Notes under the pieces: model-generated
Seen by the model: the letters and a program-made list of their open reading frames with translations, nothing else
Database searches by the model: none
What the model was told of the DNA's origin: nothing
Part shown: positions 10,569 to 20,293 of the stretch, piece by piece
How the letters are laid out: each line of letters starts with the position of its first letter
Numbering within the stretch: the stretch's first letter is position 1
Program-made: the position numbers and the translations under genes
Assembly: GCA_040326155.1 (NCBI GenBank)
Contig: JBEQLE010000051.1
Coordinates: forward strand, 1-31,237
Length of the DNA: 31,237 bases
Origin: Leptospirales bacterium
GTDB lineage: Bacteria; Spirochaetota; Leptospiria; Turneriellales; JAOUFE01
Direction: 5' to 3'

Positions 10569-10730
10569 ATGGCAACAGAACGACCAAAAATTGAATTTGA
10601 AGGCGCAGACCGAAATCGTAAACCGAAATTCACCATAAAAAATACCTGGATATTATTACGAATCGGCAACATTATTGTACTCGGAATCATATTGGCAATC
10701 TGGGCAATTTATAAAGCGGTATCGAACTAA
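10569..10730 (+). CDS. Small 53-aa single-pass membrane protein, absent from the supplied ORF track
   Basis: SD AGAAGGAA upstream of ATG 10569; MATERPKIEFEGADRNRKPKFTIKNTWILLRIGNIIVLGIILAIWAIYKAVSN*; the stop overlaps the convergent TPR gene stop by 4 nt. Confidence 0.65.
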   Translation: MATERPKIEFEGADRNRKPKFTIKNTWILLRIGNIIVLGIILAIWAIYKAVSN

Positions 10731-12670
10731 TCCTCTTGATTATCGATTTGATCAATCTTTTCATTCATTTTCGCCCAATTCAAAAGTTGTTTAAACTTTG
10801 GCGTCTCTCGAATATTTTCAAAAGCGACATCTGAATACATCGTTGAAAAACTGGAAAAACCAGCTTCCAGCGCAAGAGTCAACGTATCGAGTGCTTCTTT
10901 ACTCTTCTTTTGCCAAGAGTAATTACAAGCCAGATTATACAAAAGTCTCGGATTTTCAGGACTGAGTTTCAAACCGGTTTGAAAGGACTCCAAAGCCTTC
11001 TCATATTCACCGCTTAAATCATATGCAACGCCCAGTACATTGTAGGCATCATAATTTGACGAGTCAAGTTCAACCGCCCGGATAGCGTGATAAACGCCCA
11101 AAACAAAATCTTCTTCACCGATAAAATAAGCGGCTACATGAGTTTCGTATTTTGAATACTGAGTATTTTCTTTTTCACCTTTAAGCGAATGAGCAGATTT
11201 CTTTCCAATTTCGTCGTAAATATTTCCCATTTCAACAATACTGAAATAAATTAATTTCTCGGTACTATCAATCTGAGGTTTATTCAAATAGTTTACAGAT
11301 TTATAATTTACAAGCTCCTCAATTGCCTTCTCGTGTTGAGAAAGAGAAACGTCAAGATTATCCTGAGCAAATTCAACCGTTGCCATATTAGATAAATTCG
11401 AAGCGACCAGATAGCTGGGATCTTTACTTTTCTGACGCAAAAACAGATTCGACTTTGTCCAGTATTCAACAGCCTCATCCGGTTTTTTCGTATTATAAAG
11501 AAAACTGCCCATAGCCGAATAATAAATACCTATAAAGTCGGGACACCTTAGTTCGGCGTTGCCATCACAAATATCGATCAGCTTTTGCATTTTATCAATC
11601 GCTTTTTTCTGCCTGCCCCTTTGCCATTCGCTCATGGCTTTTTGATAGTCCGTAAAGTGGGAAGGCATTTCGCGTGGCTCTATCGATTTTAATATATCAA
11701 TGTATGCCTGTTCTTTTCGAATAAACTCCAGAGTTTCATCTTGCTTCATCAGGCTATATGACCTGAAACCCGCGTCGACCGCCTTTTGCAGATATTCAAA
11801 TGCCTTTTCCTTGTTTTTCTGAATCGAATAAGAAGAGGCAAGATTATACAAAACATTTGAGTTTTCAGGGTCCAGTTTTATTGCTTCTAAGTATGCGGCG
11901 ATTGCCTTTTCGTAATCCCCGGAGATGTCATAAGCTACCCCGAGCAAATCGAAAGAATTTGATATACCCGGATTCAGGCGAACACCCTGCTCTGCATGGT
12001 AAATAATCATCTGAATGTATTCATTCGCATCTTTATTAAATAGTTCCCCGGCTATTAACATATGCACTTCGCCCAGCAGAACGTTACCTTTTTTATTATT
12101 TAGTTCTAAATCATTTTGGATATGCCCATTATCCTTTAAAGTTTTCCAGTCCAGCAGTATGCGGGCCAGAAAATAAGTATAGGAGTCAACTTCCGACTCT
12201 AAAACTTTATCCATCAATTCAGTATAAGCCTCGGCTGCGTTGCGTAGACTCTTTTCTGCCTTGTCAAAAGACTCCAGATGAATATTCATTTGTGAAAGTA
12301 GAAAATATTGATCGGCCATCAACTTTCCATTTGGTACGCGATGTTTTTGCAAAATAACGAAACTCTTTTCCTGAAGTTCAAGCGCCTTTTGAATCTGCCC
12401 ATCTAAACGGTAAATTTCGGCAAGTGTGTAATAATAAATACCCAACTCTTTACCGTCGACTTCTTCCGACTCGTTGTATTGATAAATAGCCTGATCAAGT
12501 AATTTTATGGACTTTTTAAGAGCCGCCTTTCCTTTTTTACCCGCAAATACTTTAATCGCGTCGAAGTAATAATCGCCATGAGAAAGATTTTCCTGCGTAT
12601 AAACCCCGGACCCACCGGAAAAAAGAGTAAATGTAAATATAACAATAGCGCTAATTAATTTTAGTTTCAT
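10727..12670 (-). CDS. Exported tetratricopeptide-repeat protein with a duplicated TPR plus capping module
   Basis: Signal peptide; LGVAYD(I/L)SG(D/E)YEKA...L.PEN...LYNLA..YS.Q....A...L..A..AGF occurs twice. Confidence 0.85.
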   Translation of the reverse strand: MKLKLISAIVIFTFTLFSGGSGVYTQENLSHGDYYFDAIKVFAGKKGKAALKKSIKLLDQAIYQYNESEEVDGKELGIYYYTLAEIYRLDGQIQKALELQEKSFVILQKHRVPNGKLMADQYFLLSQMNIHLESFDKAEKSLRNAAEAYTELMDKVLESEVDSYTYFLARILLDWKTLKDNGHIQNDLELNNKKGNVLLGEVHMLIAGELFNKDANEYIQMIIYHAEQGVRLNPGISNSFDLLGVAYDISGDYEKAIAAYLEAIKLDPENSNVLYNLASSYSIQKNKEKAFEYLQKAVDAGFRSYSLMKQDETLEFIRKEQAYIDILKSIEPREMPSHFTDYQKAMSEWQRGRQKKAIDKMQKLIDICDGNAELRCPDFIGIYYSAMGSFLYNTKKPDEAVEYWTKSNLFLRQKSKDPSYLVASNLSNMATVEFAQDNLDVSLSQHEKAIEELVNYKSVNYLNKPQIDSTEKLIYFSIVEMGNIYDEIGKKSAHSLKGEKENTQYSKYETHVAAYFIGEEDFVLGVYHAIRAVELDSSNYDAYNVLGVAYDLSGEYEKALESFQTGLKLSPENPRLLYNLACNYSWQKKSKEALDTLTLALEAGFSSFSTMYSDVAFENIRETPKFKQLLNWAKMNEKIDQIDNQED

Positions 12671-12741
12671 ATTACTATAAAGGCAGATTGCCGTCCAACG
12701 TCAAACAAAAAACTGAATAATGAATTCACTTAGATAAGAAT

Positions 12742-13413
12742 CTACGGTGATTCAATTCTTTCTGTCTTTTTTCCTTCGCCGGGCCCTTCGTATTTTAAAA
12801 AACGGTTATTTTTAACATCAAACCAGTAATAATATTTATAGGGCCAAAACGTTTTAAGTACTCGATTATGTAATCCGCTTTCGTATTTTTTTGCTTTATA
12901 GGTTTTGCCGGCAATTATAATTTCTTCCGTTTTTTCATATACCAGATACATGGCTACGACACGACCACTTTTACTTTGCAGTATATCAAAAATAATTTTT
13001 TTACCCGGCTTTGGTATTATTCGAGAAAACACATAAAACATCGATCCGTTTCCATCGTATGTAACACGGTCGATATTGTAATCGTCTTTTACTTTTCCGG
13101 TTAAAACGATCTCTTTTTTAGTATAGTCAAATACTATTCGCATATATTCTATTCCCGATTTATCGTAATACTTGGTTTCAAGGGCGCGTAAACCGGCGCC
13201 AAAGCGATTCATCGACCTTTCTCCCTTTTCATCCGTGAAGTTTACTATAGTTTCACCATTCGATTTCGACACTGACATCTTTTGTGAGTAGACTTTACCT
13301 TTTCGATGCAACGACAAAGGGTAAATTTTTTCACTTACGGCAAAAATTTCCGTGAATGCAATAAACAAGGCCATAAAAAGCAGTAATAATAGAGTTTTTT
13401 TTTGGTTTTTCAC
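12742..13413 (-). CDS. Exported beta-rich hypothetical protein (loosely DUF3108-like)
   Basis: GTG start with AAGGA SD; signal peptide; C-terminal E.I.IAGKTYKAKKY...YYWFD....FLKYEG pattern. Confidence 0.6.
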   Translation of the reverse strand: MKNQKKTLLLLLFMALFIAFTEIFAVSEKIYPLSLHRKGKVYSQKMSVSKSNGETIVNFTDEKGERSMNRFGAGLRALETKYYDKSGIEYMRIVFDYTKKEIVLTGKVKDDYNIDRVTYDGNGSMFYVFSRIIPKPGKKIIFDILQSKSGRVVAMYLVYEKTEEIIIAGKTYKAKKYESGLHNRVLKTFWPYKYYYWFDVKNNRFLKYEGPGEGKKTERIESP

Positions 13414-13530
13414 ATATGATTCCTTAAATTATAGTCTACAAAGTATAATTCAAGGAGAGTTTTGTTTTGTAAACGGAAAAACCTCCATGATGACTTGTTT
13501 CGGTCATAATAGGTCTAAATAAAAAAACTA

Positions 13531-13560
13531 TTGACAGTGTTGCTAATCGATAATTCTCAT
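13531..13560 (+). promoter_or_regulatory. Candidate sigma70 promoter for the rSAM pair
   Basis: Perfect TTGACA at 13531-13536 after an A-tract; the -10 element is not clearly consensus. Confidence 0.35.
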
Positions 13561-13786
13561 TCATGGATACTTGATGTTATTCTTTTAACCGCAGGTTTAT
13601 TAAATTCTATGAAAAACTTTATTTATCGAAACAAAGTTGATAGTGTGCATATCAGTTCAATATAATTTAAAAAGAATCTCTCCATTTCGAAGCTATGCGG
13701 AAAATAAAAGAATATTTCAAATATAATCAATTATCACAAAAAGTAAATCTTAAAATATCCCATATTTTAAGGCAAAGAGGTCTACA

Positions 13787-15100
13787 ATGAAACTACTACT
13801 AATATCACCAATTTTTAAACCCGACAAAAGAATGCCGGAAGCTACCAGCGTATCGGCTATTTCTTTAAACATAATTGCTGGGTTGACGCCACCTGATGTC
13901 GAAGTCAAGATTATTGAAGAAGAAATAGCAATGGTAAACCCTGATGAAGAAGATGCCGATCTGGTCGGAATCAGTTGCATGACTTCGAACGTAATGAGAG
14001 GCTATGCTATTGCTGATGCATTTCGAAAACGAGGAATAACTGTAATTCTAGGTGGAATTCACCCCAGCCTGCTTCCCGACGAAGCGGCGCAACATTGCGA
14101 CTCTTTATGCGTCGGAGAAGTTGAAAATGTCTGGGAACAAATGCTGGAAGATTTTAAAAATAAAAAACTGAAAAAAAGATATTCTTCACCCTATCCAGAT
14201 TTACAACGTTTTATACCCTTAAAAGGCAGAAATCTGACCAGGAAAATCGGTATGGCTGCAGTTGCCCTGGAAACTACCCGTGGCTGCCCCTTCACATGTA
14301 ATTTTTGCACCGTTCCTGTCCACTTTGGACGTAAACAACGACATAGACCCGTTGAACACGTAGTTCAAATGATCGAAGACGCAGTAAAAGTAGGCATTAA
14401 ACGTGTATTCTTTATGGATGACAATATTCTTGGAACTCCATCTTATGCAAGAAAACTTTTAAAGGCAATTGCCCCTTTGAAAATCAGCTGGTCTGCACAG
14501 TCTACCTTAAAAACGCTTGAAAAAAACCCGGATCTTATGGATCTTTCCAGAAAAAGCGGGAGCGTGGGTTTCTTTTTTGGTATTGAGTCTGTTGGTTCAG
14601 CAATGGGAACCTTCACAAAATCGTATAACAGTCAGCAAGCGCTTGTCGATGGAATGAACCGGGTTCGCGACGCGGGACTTCACGTACACGCCGCCCTTAT
14701 TTTTGGGTTTGACCAGGATACAGAAGCAGTTTTCGACGAAACTCTTGAGTTTTTACTGAAACATAAAATACCATCAGCTTCGTTTCATCCGCTGACACCC
14801 TACCCCGGAACTGCATTGTTCAAACAACTAGACGAGGAAAATCGTCTGCTGTCGAAAGACTGGAACGATTATCACTATTATTGGGGAACAATTGTTTATC
14901 AACCAAAAAACTTCAGCCCTCAAAAACTCTTTTTAGAAACAGCTAGAGTGCAAGAAGAATTTTCGAGATTCTCAAACGTAATTAAAGGCACATGGGTAAA
15001 TCGAAAACATCCGTTATTACCACATTTCTTCAATTACGGTTTAAATAAAACAATTAAACTGGCTAGAGCAAACTGGCTGGAACATTACGGAAATAAATAA
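13787..15100 (+). CDS. Cobalamin-binding domain radical SAM protein (paralogue 1)
   Basis: N-terminal B12 domain DLVGIS...ILGGIHPS; ETTRGCPFTCNFC (CxxxCxxC); FMDDN; GIES; IFGFD; TPYPGT. Confidence 0.92.
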   Translation: MKLLLISPIFKPDKRMPEATSVSAISLNIIAGLTPPDVEVKIIEEEIAMVNPDEEDADLVGISCMTSNVMRGYAIADAFRKRGITVILGGIHPSLLPDEAAQHCDSLCVGEVENVWEQMLEDFKNKKLKKRYSSPYPDLQRFIPLKGRNLTRKIGMAAVALETTRGCPFTCNFCTVPVHFGRKQRHRPVEHVVQMIEDAVKVGIKRVFFMDDNILGTPSYARKLLKAIAPLKISWSAQSTLKTLEKNPDLMDLSRKSGSVGFFFGIESVGSAMGTFTKSYNSQQALVDGMNRVRDAGLHVHAALIFGFDQDTEAVFDETLEFLLKHKIPSASFHPLTPYPGTALFKQLDEENRLLSKDWNDYHYYWGTIVYQPKNFSPQKLFLETARVQEEFSRFSNVIKGTWVNRKHPLLPHFFNYGLNKTIKLARANWLEHYGNK

Positions 15101-15111
15101 GCCGATTTTTG

Positions 15112-15145
15112 GTTCAGAATATCAATATTGCCTGATATTCTGAAC
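15112..15145 (+). other. 13-bp perfect intercistronic hairpin between the two rSAM genes
   Basis: GTTCAGAATATCA-atattgcc-TGATATTCTGAAC. Confidence 0.7.
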
Positions 15146-15163
15146 ACTATTTTGGAGTAAAAA

Positions 15164-16474
15164 ATGAAAATACTATTAACTTGCCCGGTCAGCGGAACTG
15201 GCCACTCCCCACCTTCAAAAATAATTGTTCCAAATTTACCTTTGCGTATTATTGCGGCTCTAACGCCTCCAGAACATCAAATTGTTATATCAGAAGAGAC
15301 TGTTGAACCCATAGATTTTGAACAGGAGTGCGACGTTGTCGGTATAAGTACTGCTACTGCAAATGCAAAGCGGGCCTATGAAATTGCCGATGAATTTCGT
15401 AAACGAGGGAAAACAATTATAATGGGTGGAATTCACCCTACCATGTTGCCCGATGAAGCTCTACAGCATTGTGACTGTGTCGTGATCGGTGAAGTCGAAG
15501 GCGTCTGGAAAAAACTCATGGCTGACCTTGAAAAAGGAAAACTGAAAAAGAAATACACAGACCCTTTTCCACTGCTGGATACTTATATTCCACGCCTCGA
15601 TATTGACAACAACAAGGGAAGACTGGGGTCTGGCTTTGCGGCCGTAGAAACCACTCGCGGGTGTCCATATACATGTAATTTTTGTACCGTCCCTGTCCAG
15701 TTTGGGAGAAAACTGAGGCATCGCCCAATAGAACACGTTGTGAAAGATATCGTTCTATCCGGTAAGAAAAAAGTATTTTTTCTGGATGATAACATAATTG
15801 GCAACCCTAAGTATGCGAGGGAAATGCTTAAAGCACTTATTCCGTTGAAGATTCAATGGATGGGTCAGTCTTCCATGAAAGTATTGCAAAAAAATCCAGA
15901 TATAACTAAACTTGCCATACAAAGCGGTTGTATTGGACTGTTTTTTGGCCTGGAATCGGTTAGCGACTCCATGAGTATTATTCCGAAGGCAATAAAAGAT
16001 AAACAAGAGAATGCGAACTTTTTAAAGCACATCAGAGATAGCGGAATCCATGTTCATACTGCAGTTATTTTTGGTTTTGATACAGATACGGAAGGTGTTT
16101 TTGATGAAACGCTTGAATTTCTGCTTAAAAACAAAATTTCATCAGCAGGGTTTGCTACTTTAATTCCCTTCCCCGGAACGCCTCTCTTTGACGAACTCGA
16201 CAAAGAAGGCAGAATTCTTACACGAGATTGGGACGAATATAATGACCAATGGGGCAGCACAGTCTACCAACCAAAGAATTTTTCACCAGAAAAGTTATAT
16301 TATGAAACAAACAGAGTTAAAGTGGAATTTACCAAATTTTCAAATATCTATGCTCGGGCATGGGCAAACCGACGTCGCCCGCTGATCTATCTTATGATAA
16401 ATACTGCGTTTTACGGTATTCACAAAAGTGCGATGCAATACTGGGTGAAAAGAAATCCCGGCTTAACCTTTTAG
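15164..16474 (+). CDS. Cobalamin-binding domain radical SAM protein (paralogue 2)
   Basis: SD GGAG; DVVGIS...MGGIHPT; ETTRGCPYTCNFC; FLDDN; GLES; IFGFD; PFPGT; colinear with paralogue 1. Confidence 0.92.
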   Translation: MKILLTCPVSGTGHSPPSKIIVPNLPLRIIAALTPPEHQIVISEETVEPIDFEQECDVVGISTATANAKRAYEIADEFRKRGKTIIMGGIHPTMLPDEALQHCDCVVIGEVEGVWKKLMADLEKGKLKKKYTDPFPLLDTYIPRLDIDNNKGRLGSGFAAVETTRGCPYTCNFCTVPVQFGRKLRHRPIEHVVKDIVLSGKKKVFFLDDNIIGNPKYAREMLKALIPLKIQWMGQSSMKVLQKNPDITKLAIQSGCIGLFFGLESVSDSMSIIPKAIKDKQENANFLKHIRDSGIHVHTAVIFGFDTDTEGVFDETLEFLLKNKISSAGFATLIPFPGTPLFDELDKEGRILTRDWDEYNDQWGSTVYQPKNFSPEKLYYETNRVKVEFTKFSNIYARAWANRRRPLIYLMINTAFYGIHKSAMQYWVKRNPGLTF

Positions 16475-16489
16475 GGTAGAAATTTTCAT

Positions 16490-16528
16490 ATTCATAGATA
16501 AAAGGTTTTATATCTTTTATCTATGAAT
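16490..16528. terminator. 15-bp perfect inverted repeat between convergent genes; likely bidirectional terminator
   Basis: ATTCATAGATAAAAG-N9-CTTTTATCTATGAAT. Confidence 0.65.
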
Positions 16529-16578
16529 TCAATTCGAAAACGAAAATCTATGCTCCATGACGAATGAGAAGTCAAAAC

Positions 16579-17481
16579 TCAAAGCTTAAACTTTACGCCG
16601 GTTAGCTCTTCAGAAACTTCACGCAACTCAATGGCCGTCTGTTGATTATGCGATGACTTACTTGATTTGACTTTGACTGGGTAACCTCGCATTCCCAGAA
16701 AACCCCCAGGGCCAAAATAGTCACCATTTTTCACTTCGGGGTCAACGGCGGCGCGTAAGCTCGGCAATGCACCCATCAAGGTTTTCTGGGCAAATACCTT
16801 TTCTGCCAGGCCAAGAAAAGAAGAGTGGCGAGTAAGACCGCTTGCTGTGTACCCGGGATGAGCGGCTGTTACAAGAACGGGAATCTCTTTTTCAGCCAAT
16901 TGTTTTCCTAAATCATATGTAAAATACAAGTTTGCAATTTTACTGTCTGCGTAAGCCTGTGACGCTTTGTACTTTCTTTTTTCCCAATGCAGATCATTAA
17001 AATCAATTTTCCCCCAGAGGTGGGCCATACTTGCCACGTTCACAATTCTGCTCGGGGCGCTCGATACAATAAGCGAAATAAGGCGACCGGTAAGAGCAAA
17101 ATGCCCCAGATGATTAACCCCCATTTGAAGCTCAAACCCACTTTTTGTTTTCGTAAAGGGAGGCACCATCACGCCGGCATTATTGATAAGCAGATCCAGA
17201 CGTGAATATTTCTTGAGAAACGATGTGGCAAAAGATTCCACCGAGTCGAGATCGGTGAGGTCCAGTTTCATTACGTCGATTTTAACCTGCGGGTGTTCGT
17301 GTACAACAGATTCGCGAGCAGCTTCCCCTTTTTGCAGATCTCGTACTGCCATAACGACCTGTGCGCCACGGGCCGAGAGTGCTTTTACTGTTTCAAAACC
17401 TAATCCGCTGTTAGAACCCGTGACCAACACCATTTGTCCCGTCTGGTCAGGTATTTTGGATGTGTCCCATTTGTTTTTCAT
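16579..17481 (-). CDS. Short-chain dehydrogenase/reductase (retinol-DH/WWOX-like classical SDR)
   Basis: VTGSNSGLG, LLINNAGVM, NHLGHFALT, catalytic YADSK, HPG. Confidence 0.92.
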   Translation of the reverse strand: MKNKWDTSKIPDQTGQMVLVTGSNSGLGFETVKALSARGAQVVMAVRDLQKGEAARESVVHEHPQVKIDVMKLDLTDLDSVESFATSFLKKYSRLDLLINNAGVMVPPFTKTKSGFELQMGVNHLGHFALTGRLISLIVSSAPSRIVNVASMAHLWGKIDFNDLHWEKRKYKASQAYADSKIANLYFTYDLGKQLAEKEIPVLVTAAHPGYTASGLTRHSSFLGLAEKVFAQKTLMGALPSLRAAVDPEVKNGDYFGPGGFLGMRGYPVKVKSSKSSHNQQTAIELREVSEELTGVKFKL

Positions 17482-17845
17482 AATTTTCCCCTGTTTTTTT
17501 TAACAACAAGTTGAAATAATCCGGTAGCCGTTATTTAATTTATATGCCTTTCGAGAGAAAATTCCCCAAAGCGTTGTGTCAAGGGGTTTTGTTTATTTCA
17601 TAGAAAATCTCTGATCAGCTTATGACATTTTTAACTTTATAACATTAGAGAATATTATTGCGACCATAACAGGCGCAATGAATACAACAAAAGGCATTAA
17701 AAACAAATGCAGTTTTATTTTTTTTCGCACCATTATCCAAAAAAAATCATTGACAAAATTATATCTAATATCGAAATTTGTGAAACTGCTGGTTTAAATA
17801 GAACTATTCTTTTACAATGGCTTTACTGTTTCGATTTATATAAAA

Positions 17846-20095
17846 ATGTTTTCTAAATATTCAATAAAATACCCAAAAACAATTATATTAATTATTCTTT
17901 GTTTAAATGCACTTGCAGTCATTCCCTTAACCAACATAGAATTTAACACAGCGCTCTCAGTCTGGTCAAATAAAGATCTACCCACATTTATTAAATACGA
18001 AAAATTTCAACAAACTTTCGGAAACGATATCTCCTTCGGAATTATGTACCAAACCGAAAATATTTTTACGAAAGAGCAGTTATCGTTGAATGCGAAACTT
18101 ACGGAAAAACTTAAACTGGTAGAAAATATTGAAAATGTGCTCAGCCTTACAAACGTTGAAAGTGTCTCCTTAAGAAATTATAAAATCGTCAAGACGAAGA
18201 TTATCAAAAAAAATGCCCGTAATATGGAATATCAGAAAAAACTGGCTCTGAAAGATACCACTCTAGTTGATAATTTTATTACACGCGACGCAAAATCTAC
18301 GGTTATCTGGCTACAACCAAAAATTATCAACGATGAACAAAGTAGACTAACCTTACAAGCCGTAAAAAAGTTGTTAGAAGAACCAGAGTTTGCTGGCATC
18401 GAATTTCATTTAATAGGTGGGTTTCCCTTAATCAATGAATTGTCCAAAATTACTAATACCGAATCAGGTACATTCGTTGCAATCTGTGTAATTATTATGA
18501 TTATCCTGCTGCGCCTTCTTCTCCACTCGTTTAGTATGGCTATACTACCGATTATTGTAGCATTAAACAGCGCCTTACTCGTAACCGGACTATATACATC
18601 CAACCATGAAATGAATTCGGTTTCGGGAATTATGCCCCTGATTATCATTATCATCAGTATAGCCAATTCCGTTCACATTGTTTTGCATTTTAAGGCAAAA
18701 TCGATAATCGGCCATACGACGCAAGAATCCATACTATTGTCGATGAAGGAATTGGCGGTTCCCTGTCTTTTTACAAACCTTACCACCGGTATTGCCTTTC
18801 TCGCTTTCATTACAAGTGAACTTCCTCCGTTGCAAACACTGGGAATGTATACCGCTCTTGGAACAATGATTACGTATATTTTATCGTTCACCTTGCTACC
18901 TGCAATTATGACGACATTTCAAAAAATTCTCTTTAAACAAAAACATCTGCATAAGGAACCACGGACTAACAGTTTTATTATCAATCTTCCTATATGGGTT
19001 TCAAAACATAAATTCCCTATAATCTTTATCAGCATTGCTATTTTGGCTTTATCTATATTTGGAGCCAGGAATCTCGAATTTCAGACTGATCAAATCCGCC
19101 ATCTTCATCCAAGTAATCCGGTGCGCCATTCAATGAACTTATATCAAGAATGGTTCGAGGGAGTATATCCGATTGACCTGATACTGGAAGCGCCGGAAAA
19201 GAAATATTTTCATAAAAGGCAAAATCTACGAAAAATACAAAATCTCGAAAAAGAGATTATCGAACTAGAATATACAAAAAAAATATACTCTGCCAACACA
19301 TTTCTGGATTCATCTAAACGTCGCCTAAGCGCTCAAGCGGGAATTAAATTCACCCCCCGGCAAGAACAACAAGGCATTAATCGTCTACTTGCACTGAATT
19401 TTCCCATGCTGCGGAAATTTCTTCCCGAAGGTGGCGATCACTATCGAATATCCATTAACTCGTCCTGGCTAGATAATAACCAAACGGAGACACTGGCGCT
19501 AGACATACTGAATTTAGCTGAATCTTTTGCCAAAGAAAATAATCTAACCGCCTACACTACCGGGTATACTACGATGTATACCGATATAAACCAACTTTTA
19601 ATCCGCAGCCAGAGAAGCAGTATTACCATCAGTTTTATTTGTATATTTCTTATGATTATCATTATGACACGGCGATTCTGGTTATCATTGCTAGCCATGA
19701 TACCGAACATTCTTCCGGTAATAACAACAGTCGGAGTTATGGGGTGGATTGGTATAAAGCTCGATGTGGCCACAGTCTTAATCGCCGCAATATCTTTAGG
19801 TATCGCAGTTGATGATACTATTCATTTAATATACGCCTTTCTAGATCACAGGAAAGAAGGAAAAGACGTGCCCGAGGCGCTTTCCATTGCAATGCGCCAT
19901 GTGGGCAATCCCATTTTAATTACAACCGTAATTTTGGTTGGCGGTTTTTCGGTATTAACAATATCAAATTTTTTACCTGTTGCCTATTTGGGTGGATTTA
20001 TTGCGCTAAACGTTATTTTCGCGCTTTTATACGACTTTCTATTATTACCGGCCATAATCAGTTTTTTTCATATCAGAAATAAACAAAAAAGCTAA
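17846..20095 (+). CDS. MMPL/RND-superfamily transporter
   Basis: Two repeats of TM + extracytoplasmic loop + TM bundle; TNLTTGIAF; PNILP; GIAVDDTIH. Confidence 0.9.
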   Translation: MFSKYSIKYPKTIILIILCLNALAVIPLTNIEFNTALSVWSNKDLPTFIKYEKFQQTFGNDISFGIMYQTENIFTKEQLSLNAKLTEKLKLVENIENVLSLTNVESVSLRNYKIVKTKIIKKNARNMEYQKKLALKDTTLVDNFITRDAKSTVIWLQPKIINDEQSRLTLQAVKKLLEEPEFAGIEFHLIGGFPLINELSKITNTESGTFVAICVIIMIILLRLLLHSFSMAILPIIVALNSALLVTGLYTSNHEMNSVSGIMPLIIIIISIANSVHIVLHFKAKSIIGHTTQESILLSMKELAVPCLFTNLTTGIAFLAFITSELPPLQTLGMYTALGTMITYILSFTLLPAIMTTFQKILFKQKHLHKEPRTNSFIINLPIWVSKHKFPIIFISIAILALSIFGARNLEFQTDQIRHLHPSNPVRHSMNLYQEWFEGVYPIDLILEAPEKKYFHKRQNLRKIQNLEKEIIELEYTKKIYSANTFLDSSKRRLSAQAGIKFTPRQEQQGINRLLALNFPMLRKFLPEGGDHYRISINSSWLDNNQTETLALDILNLAESFAKENNLTAYTTGYTTMYTDINQLLIRSQRSSITISFICIFLMIIIMTRRFWLSLLAMIPNILPVITTVGVMGWIGIKLDVATVLIAAISLGIAVDDTIHLIYAFLDHRKEGKDVPEALSIAMRHVGNPILITTVILVGGFSVLTISNFLPVAYLGGFIALNVIFALLYDFLLLPAIISFFHIRNKQKS

Positions 20096-20152
20096 CTTAA
20101 TGACGAATTAATTTATAATGGTTTATTTCGAACTATTATTCCAAAAAAATCA

Positions 20153-20180
20153 TTGACAATATTGTCTATTATTTTATACT
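20153..20180 (+). promoter_or_regulatory. Candidate sigma70 promoter upstream of the rSAM pseudogene
   Basis: TTGACA-16 nt-TATACT; its context CCAAAAAAATCATTGACAA is shared with 17738-17756. Confidence 0.5.
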
Positions 20181-20293
20181 ATATTTAATTGTTTTTGTAT
20201 ATTTTCTTATTCCCAGTTATTTACATACTGACCATCGCAGCCTAATCAAATAATTTTTTTAATTAAAGTACCTTTTACACATGGGAGTTTATT

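Noticed and set aside
13531..13665. Short ORF upstream of the rSAM pair as a RiPP precursor
   Set aside because: No SD, it overlaps the promoter, has no leader/core pattern, and no peptidase or RRE is evident in the cluster.
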